Virus record (IMG/VR): IMGVR_UViG_640069307_000003
Span: 1-64,000 of that record
Length of the DNA: 64,000 nt
From: a virus
Lineage: Duplodnaviria > Caudoviricetes
Direction: 5' to 3' (one strand)
Part shown: piece by piece, positions 15,998 through 25,148 of the stretch
How the letters are laid out: the number at the start of each line of letters is the position of its first letter
Numbering within the stretch: position 1 is the first letter of the stretch
Notes under the pieces: generated by a model
What the model saw: only the letters and a program-made list of their open reading frames with translations
Database searches by the model: none
Told to the model about the DNA's origin: nothing
Made by a program: the position numbers and the translations under genes

Positions 15998-16306
15998 ATG
16001 AGCAAACCGCAACGCGCGACCATCGTGTTCTACGACGAGGACACCGAACAGGTGACGCTGTGCACCGTGTTCCGCAAGGACGTACAGGCCGTCCTCGACC
16101 GCGAACTAAATGCAGGCGTCGCCATCACGATCCCGCCGCACGCCGAGCCGAACGACGGGTGCGAGATTACCGACGAGGACGCGCGCCGACTCGGCGGTAT
16201 GGCGCTGCTGATGCAGGCGGGCGCACACCCCGAATTGCGCGACCGGCTGAAGTTCGCCGAAGCTGGTTCCGTTGACTGGTCGCCCGTCCGCCGCCCTGAC
16301 GCCTGA
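15998..16306 (+). CDS. Small acidic protein, possible cognate partner or immunity protein
   Basis: Starts 1 nt after the upstream stop; AGAGGA RBS. Confidence 0.55.
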   Translation: MSKPQRATIVFYDEDTEQVTLCTVFRKDVQAVLDRELNAGVAITIPPHAEPNDGCEITDEDARRLGGMALLMQAGAHPELRDRLKFAEAGSVDWSPVRRPDA

Positions 16307-16328
16307 CACTACCCGCTACCCGCGCCGC

Positions 16329-16955
16329 CTAGGACGGCGATTCAACCTTCTGCGCCGCTGCGCGCACGCGCTTTACGGTCGCCGGGCTGCACCCGGCAAG
16401 GCGGGCTGCGTCAGAAACACCGTGGCCGCCGGCCAACAGCGCCAGCACACGCCGATGCACCGCTTCGTCCGGCTTACGGCCGGCGTAGCGCCCGTCCCGC
16501 TTCGCAATCGCAATGCCCTGCCGCTGGCGCTCGCGCCGATCCTCGTAGTCATCGCGCGCCGCCTGCAGGGCGACCTTCAGCAGCATGTCCTGCACCGATT
16601 CGAGCACGACCTTAGCGACGCCGCGCGCATCGGCCGCTAGGTCGGTCAGGTCGACGATGCCCGGCACGGCGAGGCGCGCGCCCTTCTCCCGGATCGACGC
16701 GACAAGGCGCTCGGCATCAGCCAGAGGCAGGCGGCTGATGCGGTCGATCTTCTCCGCGATGACCACCTCGCCCGGCTGGAGGTCCGCGATCATGCGTTGC
16801 AGTTCGGGACGATCAACGCTCGCGCCTGAAGCCTTCTCGCGGTACACGCCCGCGACGTAGTAGCCGGCGGCGCGCGCGCCCTCTACGATGCCTTCCTGCC
16901 GCTCGATATCCTGCTGCTCGGTGCTAACGCGCAGGTAGACGCGTGCGACTTTCAT
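16329..16955 (-). CDS. Serine resolvase (RP4 ParA-like multimer resolvase)
   Basis: YLRVSTEQQ catalytic Ser motif, REKASG, IDRISR, C-terminal HTH. Confidence 0.92.
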   Translation of the reverse strand: MKVARVYLRVSTEQQDIERQEGIVEGARAAGYYVAGVYREKASGASVDRPELQRMIADLQPGEVVIAEKIDRISRLPLADAERLVASIREKGARLAVPGIVDLTDLAADARGVAKVVLESVQDMLLKVALQAARDDYEDRRERQRQGIAIAKRDGRYAGRKPDEAVHRRVLALLAGGHGVSDAARLAGCSPATVKRVRAAAQKVESPS

Positions 16956-17248
16956 TCCAAGTCCTCCTTCATCGCATCAAGCTTGCCAATCTCGTCATCC
17001 ACCCAACCCTGATACCGGGCAACCTCTGCTTTCAGCTCCGCAAGGCCATCATTGCCGTCGTCGGAACTTAGGGCATCCATCGCCATCGACATGCCGACCC
17101 CATGTAAGCGGAAGTTCTCCAGAATCCGCCTGCGATTGCGCATGAAGTGCAGCTTGAATTCATCGAGCATCGGCACCTTCATGTCGATAGCATCGCGATT
17201 CAACTGCATAACCATGCGGAGCGTTTCAACTTCAACCTTGATCGTCAT
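16952..17248 (-). CDS. Hypothetical protein in the resolvase operon
   Basis: GAGG RBS; ATGA overlap with the resolvase. Confidence 0.6.
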   Translation of the reverse strand: MTIKVEVETLRMVMQLNRDAIDMKVPMLDEFKLHFMRNRRRILENFRLHGVGMSMAMDALSSDDGNDGLAELKAEVARYQGWVDDEIGKLDAMKEDLE

Positions 17249-17263
17249 GGAATCCTCGCGCTA

Positions 17264-17761
17264 TCAACGCTTATCGGCGCGGGCCTGCTCGACGTCCTCG
17301 GCCGTTTCGCCGATCAGGACGTAGGCAACCGGCCCGCGCGCCGAGCCGGGCGAACGGAAGAAAGACGCGCACGACAGGCCAAGCGCTTCGGCATCGCGCA
17401 TCAATTGGGTGATCCTTTCCCGCAGAGCGTCGAACGGTTCGCGCTCGCGTAGCTCGCCAGCGTCCAGCGTGCCGCCTACCCATTCCTCCCCGGCACCGAG
17501 CGCGGCGGCGTGGGCTTCGCTATCGAGATACGCAGCCCAAGCATCGACCGCCTTCCCTGTATCGCCCGCACGCTTCATCCACTCTGCTCGATCGGACTCG
17601 GCCAATCCGTTCCACCAGTACATGCCGGCATGGGGATCGCGATGCGGATCGGCAGGGAACGCGCCGCCGCCCATCTCGATACCGTCGCGATAGAACTTGA
17701 CGTTCCAACCGCCACCGGCCTTCTCCAGCCGCTTTGACACTTCGAAAGTTTGCTCCGACAT
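17264..17761 (-). CDS. Hypothetical protein in the resolvase operon
   Basis: GAGGAG RBS; first gene after the res site. Confidence 0.65.
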   Translation of the reverse strand: MSEQTFEVSKRLEKAGGGWNVKFYRDGIEMGGGAFPADPHRDPHAGMYWWNGLAESDRAEWMKRAGDTGKAVDAWAAYLDSEAHAAALGAGEEWVGGTLDAGELREREPFDALRERITQLMRDAEALGLSCASFFRSPGSARGPVAYVLIGETAEDVEQARADKR

Positions 17762-17780
17762 ACTGGCTCCTCGCGGGTCG

Positions 17781-17866
17781 GTTCATTTGGGTACACCTTA
17801 ATGAGCGACTATGACACGACCGGCTCAAAATGAAAAGCCCGACTCAAATGAGCCGGGCCTTTTTGA
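17781..17866. other. Putative res (multimer resolution) site; the distal palindrome may also act as a terminator
   Basis: Site-I-like dyad GTTCATTTGGGT-AC-ACCTTAATGAGC resembles the RP4 mrs crossover site as recalled; further GGCTCA/TGAGCC dyads at 17820-17860. Confidence 0.6.
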
Positions 17867-17880
17867 ACCATCCATGTGAG

Positions 17881-18153
17881 CTATCGAGCGCCGCGCTGCT
17901 GTGCCTTGATGCGCGTGTTGATGTGGGCGTTATTGCGACGCTCTCGCCACCTGTTCTCGCGCCGCAAGTGCGCGACCTCGCTTTCCCGCTCGTAGTCGTA
18001 GTCGCGCGCCTCTACCTTGACCGGCTCGGCGTACCTCTCGCGCACGCGCCCGAAGTCATCCGCAGTCACGATGACCGAGCCATCGGCCAGACTGCGTGCG
18101 ATGGCAGCGCCAAGTGCGGCCGGACCGAGAACGATCAGCGTGCGTGTCGTCAT
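17881..18153 (-). CDS. Hypothetical phage protein
   Basis: GAGGG RBS; start MTTRTLIVLG; basic C-terminus. Confidence 0.5.
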   Translation of the reverse strand: MTTRTLIVLGPAALGAAIARSLADGSVIVTADDFGRVRERYAEPVKVEARDYDYERESEVAHLRRENRWRERRNNAHINTRIKAQQRGAR

Positions 18154-18166
18154 GGTCGCGCCCTCA

Positions 18167-18793
18167 TCACGCCTGCGCGGCGAATTGCTGCGAAGCCGCC
18201 AGCAAGTCGGCACTCGACAATTCCGCATTGGCGTCCTGTCGCCCGCACGCGGTCGACTCGCTCGCGCCGCCCAGTTGCGCGACCATCGAGCCGTGATGCG
18301 CAGCAAGCGCTCCATACTCCGCCTGCGCCTTGGCAATCAGGCCGCGCAGGTCGCTGACAGCGCGGTTGCGCGACTCGCGCCCCGCCAGAAAAGCCAGCGC
18401 GGCGAGGCAGACGAGAAAGCCGAGCACGAGCAGCGCGTCAGGAACCGCCCATGAATGCGCCTCGTGATACGAGCCGATATCGCGCCATGCGAACCATGCG
18501 AAGAACGCGAGCACGGCCATAAGCACGGTGCGCCAGCACAGCAACATGCCGCAGATGCGCCCGAGCGCGCCGAGCTTGCCGCGAATGTGCTCGTCAGCCT
18601 CCGCGCTGCGATAGGTGCGCGCCACGTTGTACACGAACGCGGCAGCGACTGCCGACCAAAAGCCCACCATCGTCAGCTTGCCGCCGAGCGTGTCGAACAG
18701 CCAGCGCGAGCCGAGCGCGATGGCCTCGACCATTGCGAGAGTGACGCCGATGGTGAGCGCCCAGTACGTCGAGTGATTGAACAGTTTGCGCAT
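18167..18793 (-). CDS. Membrane protein (about 4 TM segments) with C-terminal coiled coil
   Basis: Hydrophobic stretches; GGAG RBS. Confidence 0.65.
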   Translation of the reverse strand: MRKLFNHSTYWALTIGVTLAMVEAIALGSRWLFDTLGGKLTMVGFWSAVAAAFVYNVARTYRSAEADEHIRGKLGALGRICGMLLCWRTVLMAVLAFFAWFAWRDIGSYHEAHSWAVPDALLVLGFLVCLAALAFLAGRESRNRAVSDLRGLIAKAQAEYGALAAHHGSMVAQLGGASESTACGRQDANAELSSADLLAASQQFAAQA

Positions 18794-18858
18794 ATGGTTC
18801 TCCGTTGAATTTAAGCGCCTAGACGGGCCTCTGGCGGATGCCGCGACCTTACCCCTTG

Positions 18859-19449
18859 TTATGCAGCAGCGGCCCGCGCAGGCAGCGACAGGCGGCCCGA
18901 GTAGCGGCGAATGAGAACCGCGGTCAGGATGACGCCACCAGCCAGCGCGAACGCCACGAGTCCAATCACGAGCATCACGATTGCGCCGCCGTCGTCGTCT
19001 TTGCTATCGGACTTGAACAGGTCGCCCACAACGGAGAACGCCTCGCCGATTCCGCTGACCGCGTCGACCATGTTCTTGACCTGCGCGAACGTGTTGTATG
19101 CGGCAATGCCCATGTCCAGAATGCGACGCGTGCGGAACGCGACAATCCACGACTGGATCGTGAGCACGAGGCCCGTTCCGATGGCCGGGACAATCACGAC
19201 CAGATACCAGAGCGAGGCCGCCGAGCGCGCTGCCGCTGGCGGCAGATGCCCGGTTGCGTATAGCGCATAGCCCGCGACGAAGCCAATCACGCTGCTGAAG
19301 CCAATCGCGGACTGCGCCGCGGCGCACCACGCCACGAGACGAATCCATCCGCCCAAAGCCTTCGATTCCTGCCAGATGCCGCCGACCGACCAACAGTTGA
19401 GCCAGCTAATGCCGAAGTTCAACGCGAGTACCAATGCAAAGCCCATCAT
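18859..19449 (-). CDS. Integral membrane protein (about 4 TM segments)
   Basis: Alternating hydrophobic helices; GAGG RBS. Confidence 0.7.
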   Translation of the reverse strand: MMGFALVLALNFGISWLNCWSVGGIWQESKALGGWIRLVAWCAAAQSAIGFSSVIGFVAGYALYATGHLPPAAARSAASLWYLVVIVPAIGTGLVLTIQSWIVAFRTRRILDMGIAAYNTFAQVKNMVDAVSGIGEAFSVVGDLFKSDSKDDDGGAIVMLVIGLVAFALAGGVILTAVLIRRYSGRLSLPARAAAA

Positions 19450-19751
19450 TCCGCCTCTCCCTTGTTTGCCACTGCCACGTCTTTTTGCTCCGCCTGCCGG
19501 ATCAGTTCGCCGAGAAAGGCCGTAAGCCGCTGCTCGAATCCGAAGTTGCCGGAATGCAGCACGTCCATTTGCGCCATCGCTTTGAGTTTCAGCGCATCAG
19601 CCTTCCCGATTTGCTCACGTACAGTCTTTAGTCGCTCCTCCGCGGCCTTGACGGCCTGCTCAAGATCGGCCTGTTCCTCGCGCAGGGCGTTCGCACGGCG
19701 CACATGCGCGAGCACGCCCGCGATGCCCTCCTTGTTCGGGCGGCCGCTCAC
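19446..19751 (-). CDS. Coiled-coil hypothetical protein
   Basis: Coupled overlaps. Confidence 0.55.
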   Translation of the reverse strand: MSGRPNKEGIAGVLAHVRRANALREEQADLEQAVKAAEERLKTVREQIGKADALKLKAMAQMDVLHSGNFGFEQRLTAFLGELIRQAEQKDVAVANKGEAE

Positions 19752-20380
19752 GATTGCGTCTCCGCTACCAGCGGTCGATTGCCAGCCTCAAGCGCACGCA
19801 CCTTCCCGGCCGCATCGTCCTGCGCACCGACGGCGATCCCCATGCGCGCACCCATCAGCCGCACGTTGTCCCAAAACGCGCGCGCCGCCTCATCGGGCGT
19901 CACATCGTCGCCCAGCTCCACGCGACCGTCTGCGCGAATCGAAAACAGCACGCGAGGTTGCTCCGCCACTGCACGAATGACCAGAGACGGTTTGAGCGCA
20001 TCAGCATTGGCGATTGAGAGCGCACCGCGCTGATACCAGCGGAGAGGCGTAGCGTCGGATTCGCCGCACTCAGCGGGTGCGTCCGGCACATCGACGACGC
20101 GCTTTTCGCCCTCCATCCAGCTATCCTCCATGTTGATCGGCTCCGGGCCGGACACGCACACGGCGCGCTCCTTCACGTCCGACCAGTTCATGTTGTTCGA
20201 CGCCCATTCGGCAGCCTCGGACGGGTCTTTCTCGAACTGCGCAAGAATCCCGCTCAGTGCCGCGTCAGCGTCGCCGCCGAAGTCGATTGGCGCGTAGTAG
20301 TCGGCGCAGTTGCGCGCGATGACCTCGACCGGGATATTCCACTTGCTGCCGTCGAGCGCAGTCAGTTGCAGCACTTTCAT
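19748..20380 (-). CDS. Two-domain hypothetical phage protein
   Basis: GAGG RBS; DGSKWNIPVEVIA...WASNNMNWSDVK motif. Confidence 0.65.
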   Translation of the reverse strand: MKVLQLTALDGSKWNIPVEVIARNCADYYAPIDFGGDADAALSGILAQFEKDPSEAAEWASNNMNWSDVKERAVCVSGPEPINMEDSWMEGEKRVVDVPDAPAECGESDATPLRWYQRGALSIANADALKPSLVIRAVAEQPRVLFSIRADGRVELGDDVTPDEAARAFWDNVRLMGARMGIAVGAQDDAAGKVRALEAGNRPLVAETQS

Positions 20381-20577
20381 GCCTCACCTCCCACCGACAG
20401 ATGGCGCGGAATCGGACGCTGGCTCTCGCGCGCCGCGTGCGCCGCATCCAATGCGCCGTCGAGCGTCGAGCATTCGCCCCTCGCCTCCGGCACGTCGGGG
20501 AAAGTGACGGTCCAGCGTTTGGTGCGCGGGCACTGACGGCCACGCGGCTTGATGACGGTCTTGCGAATCAGGTGCAT
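20377..20577 (-). CDS. Truncated HicB-like protein
   Basis: WTVTFPDVPEARGECSTLDGALDAA resembles the HicB N-terminal fold. Confidence 0.4.
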   Translation of the reverse strand: MHLIRKTVIKPRGRQCPRTKRWTVTFPDVPEARGECSTLDGALDAAHAARESQRPIPRHLSVGGEA

Positions 20578-20595
20578 GTCTATGGTTCCGATGAG

Positions 20596-20949
20596 TTACT
20601 GCTGGTTCTTGGCGGCGCGGTAATCGCGCATCCGTTTCTTGATGGCCTCCGCGTTCTCCTCGTAGTACTTCTTTTTCTTCGCGAGGATTTCCGCGGCGTG
20701 CCGCTGGTAATGCCGTTTCACTGATGCTGCGATGGCGGCGCGCCGCGCGGCCGGGTCCGTCTGCATGGCCTTCTTGTAGCTCGCATACGCGCGCCGCCGC
20801 TCGCACTCCACGCACCTACGGCTTTTTGTGTTGCGCTCCGCTATGTGCCCGTTACGGCACGCCTCGCCAGTGAAGTAGCGTGTAAGGCCCTGCTCTGCTG
20901 CCTGTTCCCGAGTGATGATTGTCGGGGGCGGTTCCTGCATCGAATCCAT
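20596..20949 (-). CDS. Cys/His zinc-motif protein resembling the N-terminus of HNH homing endonucleases
   Basis: GLTRYFTGEACRNGHIAER...CVEC plus a KKYYEEN basic repeat; no HNH core. Confidence 0.6.
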   Translation of the reverse strand: MDSMQEPPPTIITREQAAEQGLTRYFTGEACRNGHIAERNTKSRRCVECERRRAYASYKKAMQTDPAARRAAIAASVKRHYQRHAAEILAKKKKYYEENAEAIKKRMRDYRAAKNQQ

Positions 20950-20959
20950 TGCGTTTTCC
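20918..20959 (-). promoter_or_regulatory. Putative late promoter (TTAGGAAAA-N30-GACAAT) at the terminase 3' end
   Basis: Identical boxes and spacing to the capsid promoter. Confidence 0.5.
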
Positions 20960-22488
20960 TAAGCGGTAAGTCCCATTGACGCGAGCAGGGCTTGCCGCGC
21001 GATTTCCTTTTGGTCGCCCGCATCGACGACGGTTTCCTCGGCGAGGGAGTAATGCGCGTCCTCCAGAAAGGCGAACGAGAGCGCATCGAACACGTCAGGC
21101 GACGGGAGGTTTTCTTTCTCGCGCATGTCCTCCTTTTTCATGATCTGGCGGCGCGCCTTCTCGTCCCAAAAATAAGGAATTCGCGATCCCTGCTTGACGA
21201 GCTTTTTGACGAACGACTTCGGCACGTCGGGATTGATGCCGAAGCGGCCCTCGGTAATGGCGCGAGCGAAGCCGCAGCACGCCTGCGCGCGCTGGTTCAC
21301 GTAGCGGTCCTTGTATTCCTTGGCGAAGTTGGGATTGCCCCAGTTCACCTTGCGGTATTGGCTGAAGCCGTCGAGGTCAAGCTGTTTGCAGACGATCAGG
21401 CCCATACCGCCCGCGTCGATCATGGCCGTTGCATTGCTGCGCTCGCGCGCGGCATGAACGATGACGCCGTGCAGCTGCGCCGGGTCTTGCGTGTTGGAGT
21501 GCAGCGGCACGCTGATAAGCTGCGCGCGCCGTGCGTCCATCCCGTACTCGCCGCGGCCGATGACGTGCAGCGCAGGCATAACCGTTTCGTCGCGCCATCC
21601 GCCGCCGCCCACGTCCACCGGGAGCAACCAGCCCCAGTGCTCGTCCGGCTTGATGACCGTGCGCCCGACGCATGCCTCGATGGCCTGCGGCCCCACAAGG
21701 TACTTCGACGAGTTCTCCGGGAACCGGCCCTGCACCTTGATCTGATACTCCTCCTCCGTGTATTGCAGCTTCTTTTCGGCGATGAACTTGGCCGAAACGA
21801 TGGGTGAGAATTCGGAGTTGAATACGAGGTTGTTCCACGGCCCGCCCTCTGCGCGCGAGAGGGCGTGGTGTGTTTCGTAAAAGAAGCCGCTTGAGCGCGT
21901 CGGCTGCGACGCCAGACACATGCGGTTGCGCTCGTCGGTCAGCGAGCCGGTGATAACGCCGAAGTTGTCGTCTGGAATGCCCGACGCCTCGTCCGCGAGC
22001 CACAGAAGCCAGTCACGGTGCGCGCCCGCGAGGTTTTCCGGGCTGCCGCGCGGCGCGGACTTGGCGATGACGAACCAGTTCAGCTTGTAGCCGCGCACAT
22101 ATACGCGCTCGGACTCGATGACGAAGTACTCCCATATCCACGACTGCGGGCCGTTCGATATCTTCGTCGAGAGGTCGGCGAATTCTTTCCACACGCCATC
22201 CGACACGGTCGAGATTTTCGGCGCGGTCAGGATCGTGTTGGAGAGGTAGTAGCAGAGCAGGTGCCACAAGGCGATGATGGCAAAGCCGGACGTTTTGCCC
22301 GTGCCGTGACCGGACGATACGGACGTGCGCGAGCCTTGCTTGCTCACGCTGTCAAACATCTGGATCTGATGATGCGTCGGCGCTTTCAGCCCGCATACCT
22401 CGATGGCAAAGCGCGTGCAGTCATCCGCATACCGCTCGACGAACGAGAGGTAGCGCGGGTCTTGCAGCAGCGTGCGCCTACTCGCCAT
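20959..22488 (-). CDS. pacB: Terminase large subunit (P1 PacB-like)
   Basis: Walker A SGHGTGKT, Walker B LADEASG, nuclease VDVGGGG and SPDVFDAL. Confidence 0.9.
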   Translation of the reverse strand: MASRRTLLQDPRYLSFVERYADDCTRFAIEVCGLKAPTHHQIQMFDSVSKQGSRTSVSSGHGTGKTSGFAIIALWHLLCYYLSNTILTAPKISTVSDGVWKEFADLSTKISNGPQSWIWEYFVIESERVYVRGYKLNWFVIAKSAPRGSPENLAGAHRDWLLWLADEASGIPDDNFGVITGSLTDERNRMCLASQPTRSSGFFYETHHALSRAEGGPWNNLVFNSEFSPIVSAKFIAEKKLQYTEEEYQIKVQGRFPENSSKYLVGPQAIEACVGRTVIKPDEHWGWLLPVDVGGGGWRDETVMPALHVIGRGEYGMDARRAQLISVPLHSNTQDPAQLHGVIVHAARERSNATAMIDAGGMGLIVCKQLDLDGFSQYRKVNWGNPNFAKEYKDRYVNQRAQACCGFARAITEGRFGINPDVPKSFVKKLVKQGSRIPYFWDEKARRQIMKKEDMREKENLPSPDVFDALSFAFLEDAHYSLAEETVVDAGDQKEIARQALLASMGLTA

Positions 22489-23378
22489 TACGCGCCCACT
22501 CCGCCGTTTTCCATGCCCTCAACGCCTGCTGCTGCGGCGCGGGCCTTCGCCTCCTCCTCCGCCTGCTTGGAACGCTCGCGCGCCTTTTCATAGATCGCGT
22601 CGAGGTCGGTCGTGTTGACCGCCGTAATGGTTTGATCCACGACCTGCTCGATTTGGTCGCGCCAGCCGATCAGGTTCTTCGTCGCGAGCGTGGCGAAACG
22701 GGACTCGTAAGCGCCCGCCATACCGCCCTCCTGAAGCAATGCAGCTTGGAGGTCGCGCGCGCGCGCGTAGGCGTAAGAAAATTCCGGGTGCCGAAGGGTG
22801 GGGCCATCCGGTGTATCTACCGTCGCGTGTGCCCAGTCGTAAAGCGTCTGGCGGGTCACGTCGATGGAGTCGGCGAATCGTTCGAGCGTCGGGAAGGTGT
22901 TGAGCACCTTGACCATTTCGGTTTTGGTGCCGCCCTCGCTCGACGGATCAGGCACAACCACCGCCTCAGTGCGCTCTACCTCAATACGGAAGAACGCAAT
23001 CAGGGCGTCGCAGAACTCAGGGCGGTAGACAGACGGGCGACCGACCGGGCGCTTTACCTCCGGCGTGGCGACCGTATCGGGCGCTTTAGGTAGCAACTTC
23101 CCATCGGCGGCTACCTTTCCATTGGACGGAGCCTTGTCGGCCTTTCTGGCGGGTTTCTTGGCCGCGGGTGCGCCCTTGGCTTGCGGCTTGTCGGCCGGGG
23201 CCTTGCGCGCGACCTTGCGCGGCGCTTTGCCCGGCTCGTGAATGGTCGAGCCACCGGGGCCGCGAACCTCGACCGTCTGCCCCTTGGCGTTCGCCTGCGC
23301 GATTTCCTCTTTCTGCGCGGTCGTCTTGCCTGCGCGCCGCCCGGAAGCCGCGACCGGCGCTTTACTGCGTGTTGCCAT
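22488..23378 (-). CDS. pacA: Terminase small subunit
   Basis: GRPSVYRPEF and HPEFSYAY motifs; coupled to terL. Confidence 0.8.
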   Translation of the reverse strand: MATRSKAPVAASGRRAGKTTAQKEEIAQANAKGQTVEVRGPGGSTIHEPGKAPRKVARKAPADKPQAKGAPAAKKPARKADKAPSNGKVAADGKLLPKAPDTVATPEVKRPVGRPSVYRPEFCDALIAFFRIEVERTEAVVVPDPSSEGGTKTEMVKVLNTFPTLERFADSIDVTRQTLYDWAHATVDTPDGPTLRHPEFSYAYARARDLQAALLQEGGMAGAYESRFATLATKNLIGWRDQIEQVVDQTITAVNTTDLDAIYEKARERSKQAEEEAKARAAAAGVEGMENGGVGA

Positions 23379-23387
23379 TTCGTTTCC

Positions 23388-24137
23388 TTAGAAAGCCATC
23401 TTGAATTGCGCGTGGCGCTCGGACAGGTACGTGATTGCGGGCATGCGGCCCTGCTTCACGTCGTCGATGTACGCCTCTACGTTCTGGAAGTGCCTGAGCT
23501 TGTCGCGGATCGGCTCGGCGAATGCGGATAGCTGCTCTACGGCGGCGAGCACCGGCGCGCTGCCGGGCACGTCATCGAATCCAAATCGGTCGCGCATGAC
23601 GGACACGGCTTGATCGACGCGCTCGACGGCCGTGAGCATCCGCTGGTATTCGCTGGCGACGGGATGCGCCTGTTCCGTGTACTTGACGATGGCGGTCGTG
23701 AGGATGGATGCGATGCCCTGCCCTATGTCCTCGATGCCGCGCGCCATCGCGTGCTCGTGCGCCACGCGGGCGGACTCATCAACGTGCGGCGTGAGGCCGA
23801 GCAGGAAGTCGACCGAGCACGAATAGACGCGCGCGCAATCCATGAGGAAGCGATAGCTGTCGGGCGTCTTGCGCTCGCCGGACTCGATCAGGCTCAGCTG
23901 CGTGCTGTTCGCGTAACCGAGCTTCTGCGCGGCCTCAACGGCGGTCAGCCCTGCCATGACGCGCGCAACGATCAGGTTGTAGCGGAGCTTTTCAAGGTCG
24001 TCCGGCTTGCGTGGGTCGCGCTTGAAGCGCCGGAGCGATTCACGAACGAGCTTGTCGCGCTGCCCTTCCGTCATTTCCGGCTTCTTCCGGCTCGCGCTCG
24101 TGCCGTAGCCCTTGGGGAGATTTTTGGAAACTTTCAT
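23388..24137 (-). CDS. XRE-HTH regulator; candidate late-promoter activator
   Basis: LTAVEAAQKLGYANSTQLSLIESGERK HTH; occupies the position of P1 lpa just upstream of pacA. Confidence 0.65.
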   Translation of the reverse strand: MKVSKNLPKGYGTSASRKKPEMTEGQRDKLVRESLRRFKRDPRKPDDLEKLRYNLIVARVMAGLTAVEAAQKLGYANSTQLSLIESGERKTPDSYRFLMDCARVYSCSVDFLLGLTPHVDESARVAHEHAMARGIEDIGQGIASILTTAIVKYTEQAHPVASEYQRMLTAVERVDQAVSVMRDRFGFDDVPGSAPVLAAVEQLSAFAEPIRDKLRHFQNVEAYIDDVKQGRMPAITYLSERHAQFKMAF

Positions 24138-24595
24138 GAGCAGAATCCCAGTACGCGATTGATGACTTGGTCGAGGTCCGCCCGCGTGTAGCGCGTGAGA
24201 ACCTTTTGCAGCAGGACATTCGCGACGGCGTTGTAAAGCCGCTCGAACTCGTCCTGTTTCATGGAGGCGAAGCTGATGCTTTGTGCGCGCAGGCGCACGC
24301 TGCCGTGCAGGTTGGTCGTGACGACGTAGAACCCGGCCGCGATGGTCACGTCCTCGCGGAAGTGCTCGAAGTCCTTTTGAACCTCGAAGCCCTTGTATTC
24401 GAGAATGGGCGGCTCCCACGACTCGAAACCGAGCGTGAGCAGCGCGAAGAACTTGCGGTGAAAGCGCGGATTGCGGACCTGCTTGACCTCGCATCGAATG
24501 AGCGTGTCGGTCGCATAGCGCTTGAGCAGGTCGGCTTGAGCCTCGTCGAGCGGGCGCAACGTCCCGTCCGCGGCCTTGGTGAGCAGTATTTCCAC
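24134..24595 (-). CDS. DUF1367-family phage protein
   Basis: RNPRFHRKFFALL...SISFASM...FERLY motifs. Confidence 0.75.
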   Translation of the reverse strand: MEILLTKAADGTLRPLDEAQADLLKRYATDTLIRCEVKQVRNPRFHRKFFALLTLGFESWEPPILEYKGFEVQKDFEHFREDVTIAAGFYVVTTNLHGSVRLRAQSISFASMKQDEFERLYNAVANVLLQKVLTRYTRADLDQVINRVLGFCS

Positions 24596-24598
24596 GGC

Positions 24599-25090
24599 TC
24601 AGACCTCGCGGATGATGATGTTGTGGACAGACTTCATGAGGTGCTTCTTGTCGCGGTAGGAGCGCGTGCGAAAGCCCTTGGCGTCCTCGACGACCTGCTC
24701 GCCGGTTGCGCCCTCGACATAGGCGAAGTCAGCGATGTAGCGCAGCGCGGGCTTCTTCCGCGCCTCACCGATATCGACTGCGGGCGCGAGCACGAACACG
24801 ACCTGCAAGCGCAGGTCACGGATCAGGCCCGCCAGTTCCATGCGGCGCAATTCCTGATAGCGCGCCGCCTCGCGCTTGGAGTCGAATTTGATGGTGCCGA
24901 CGTAGGTAGGCTTGGCGTTGTACTTGCCGCGGCGCGCGGGCACGTCGTCGGCAGGCTCGGCGGGCGCAACCGCACCACCGGCAACCGTCGTCGAGGTTGC
25001 GCCCGGCCGGTTCGCGAGATACGCGGCAAGCTGCGCCGCGGACCAGCGAACCACGCCTTTCGAGCCTTTCTTTTTCCCGCCTTTCGCCAT
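24599..25090 (-). CDS. DUF1064-family nuclease-like protein
   Basis: KYNAK...FDSKREA...YIADFAY...VVEDAKG. Confidence 0.8.
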   Translation of the reverse strand: MAKGGKKKGSKGVVRWSAAQLAAYLANRPGATSTTVAGGAVAPAEPADDVPARRGKYNAKPTYVGTIKFDSKREAARYQELRRMELAGLIRDLRLQVVFVLAPAVDIGEARKKPALRYIADFAYVEGATGEQVVEDAKGFRTRSYRDKKHLMKSVHNIIIREV

Positions 25091-25133
25091 CCACGAACCC
25101 CAAATGAAATATCTATTTGTTGCCGTGGATTAT

Positions 25134-25147
25134 ATAGAGACTTCTAT
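25134..25147. promoter_or_regulatory. Repressor operator ATAGA-GACT-TCTAT overlapping a minus-strand TATAAT
   Basis: Palindrome; -10 box at 25129-25134; weaker second site at 25103-25116. Confidence 0.7.
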
Positions 25148-25148
25148 T

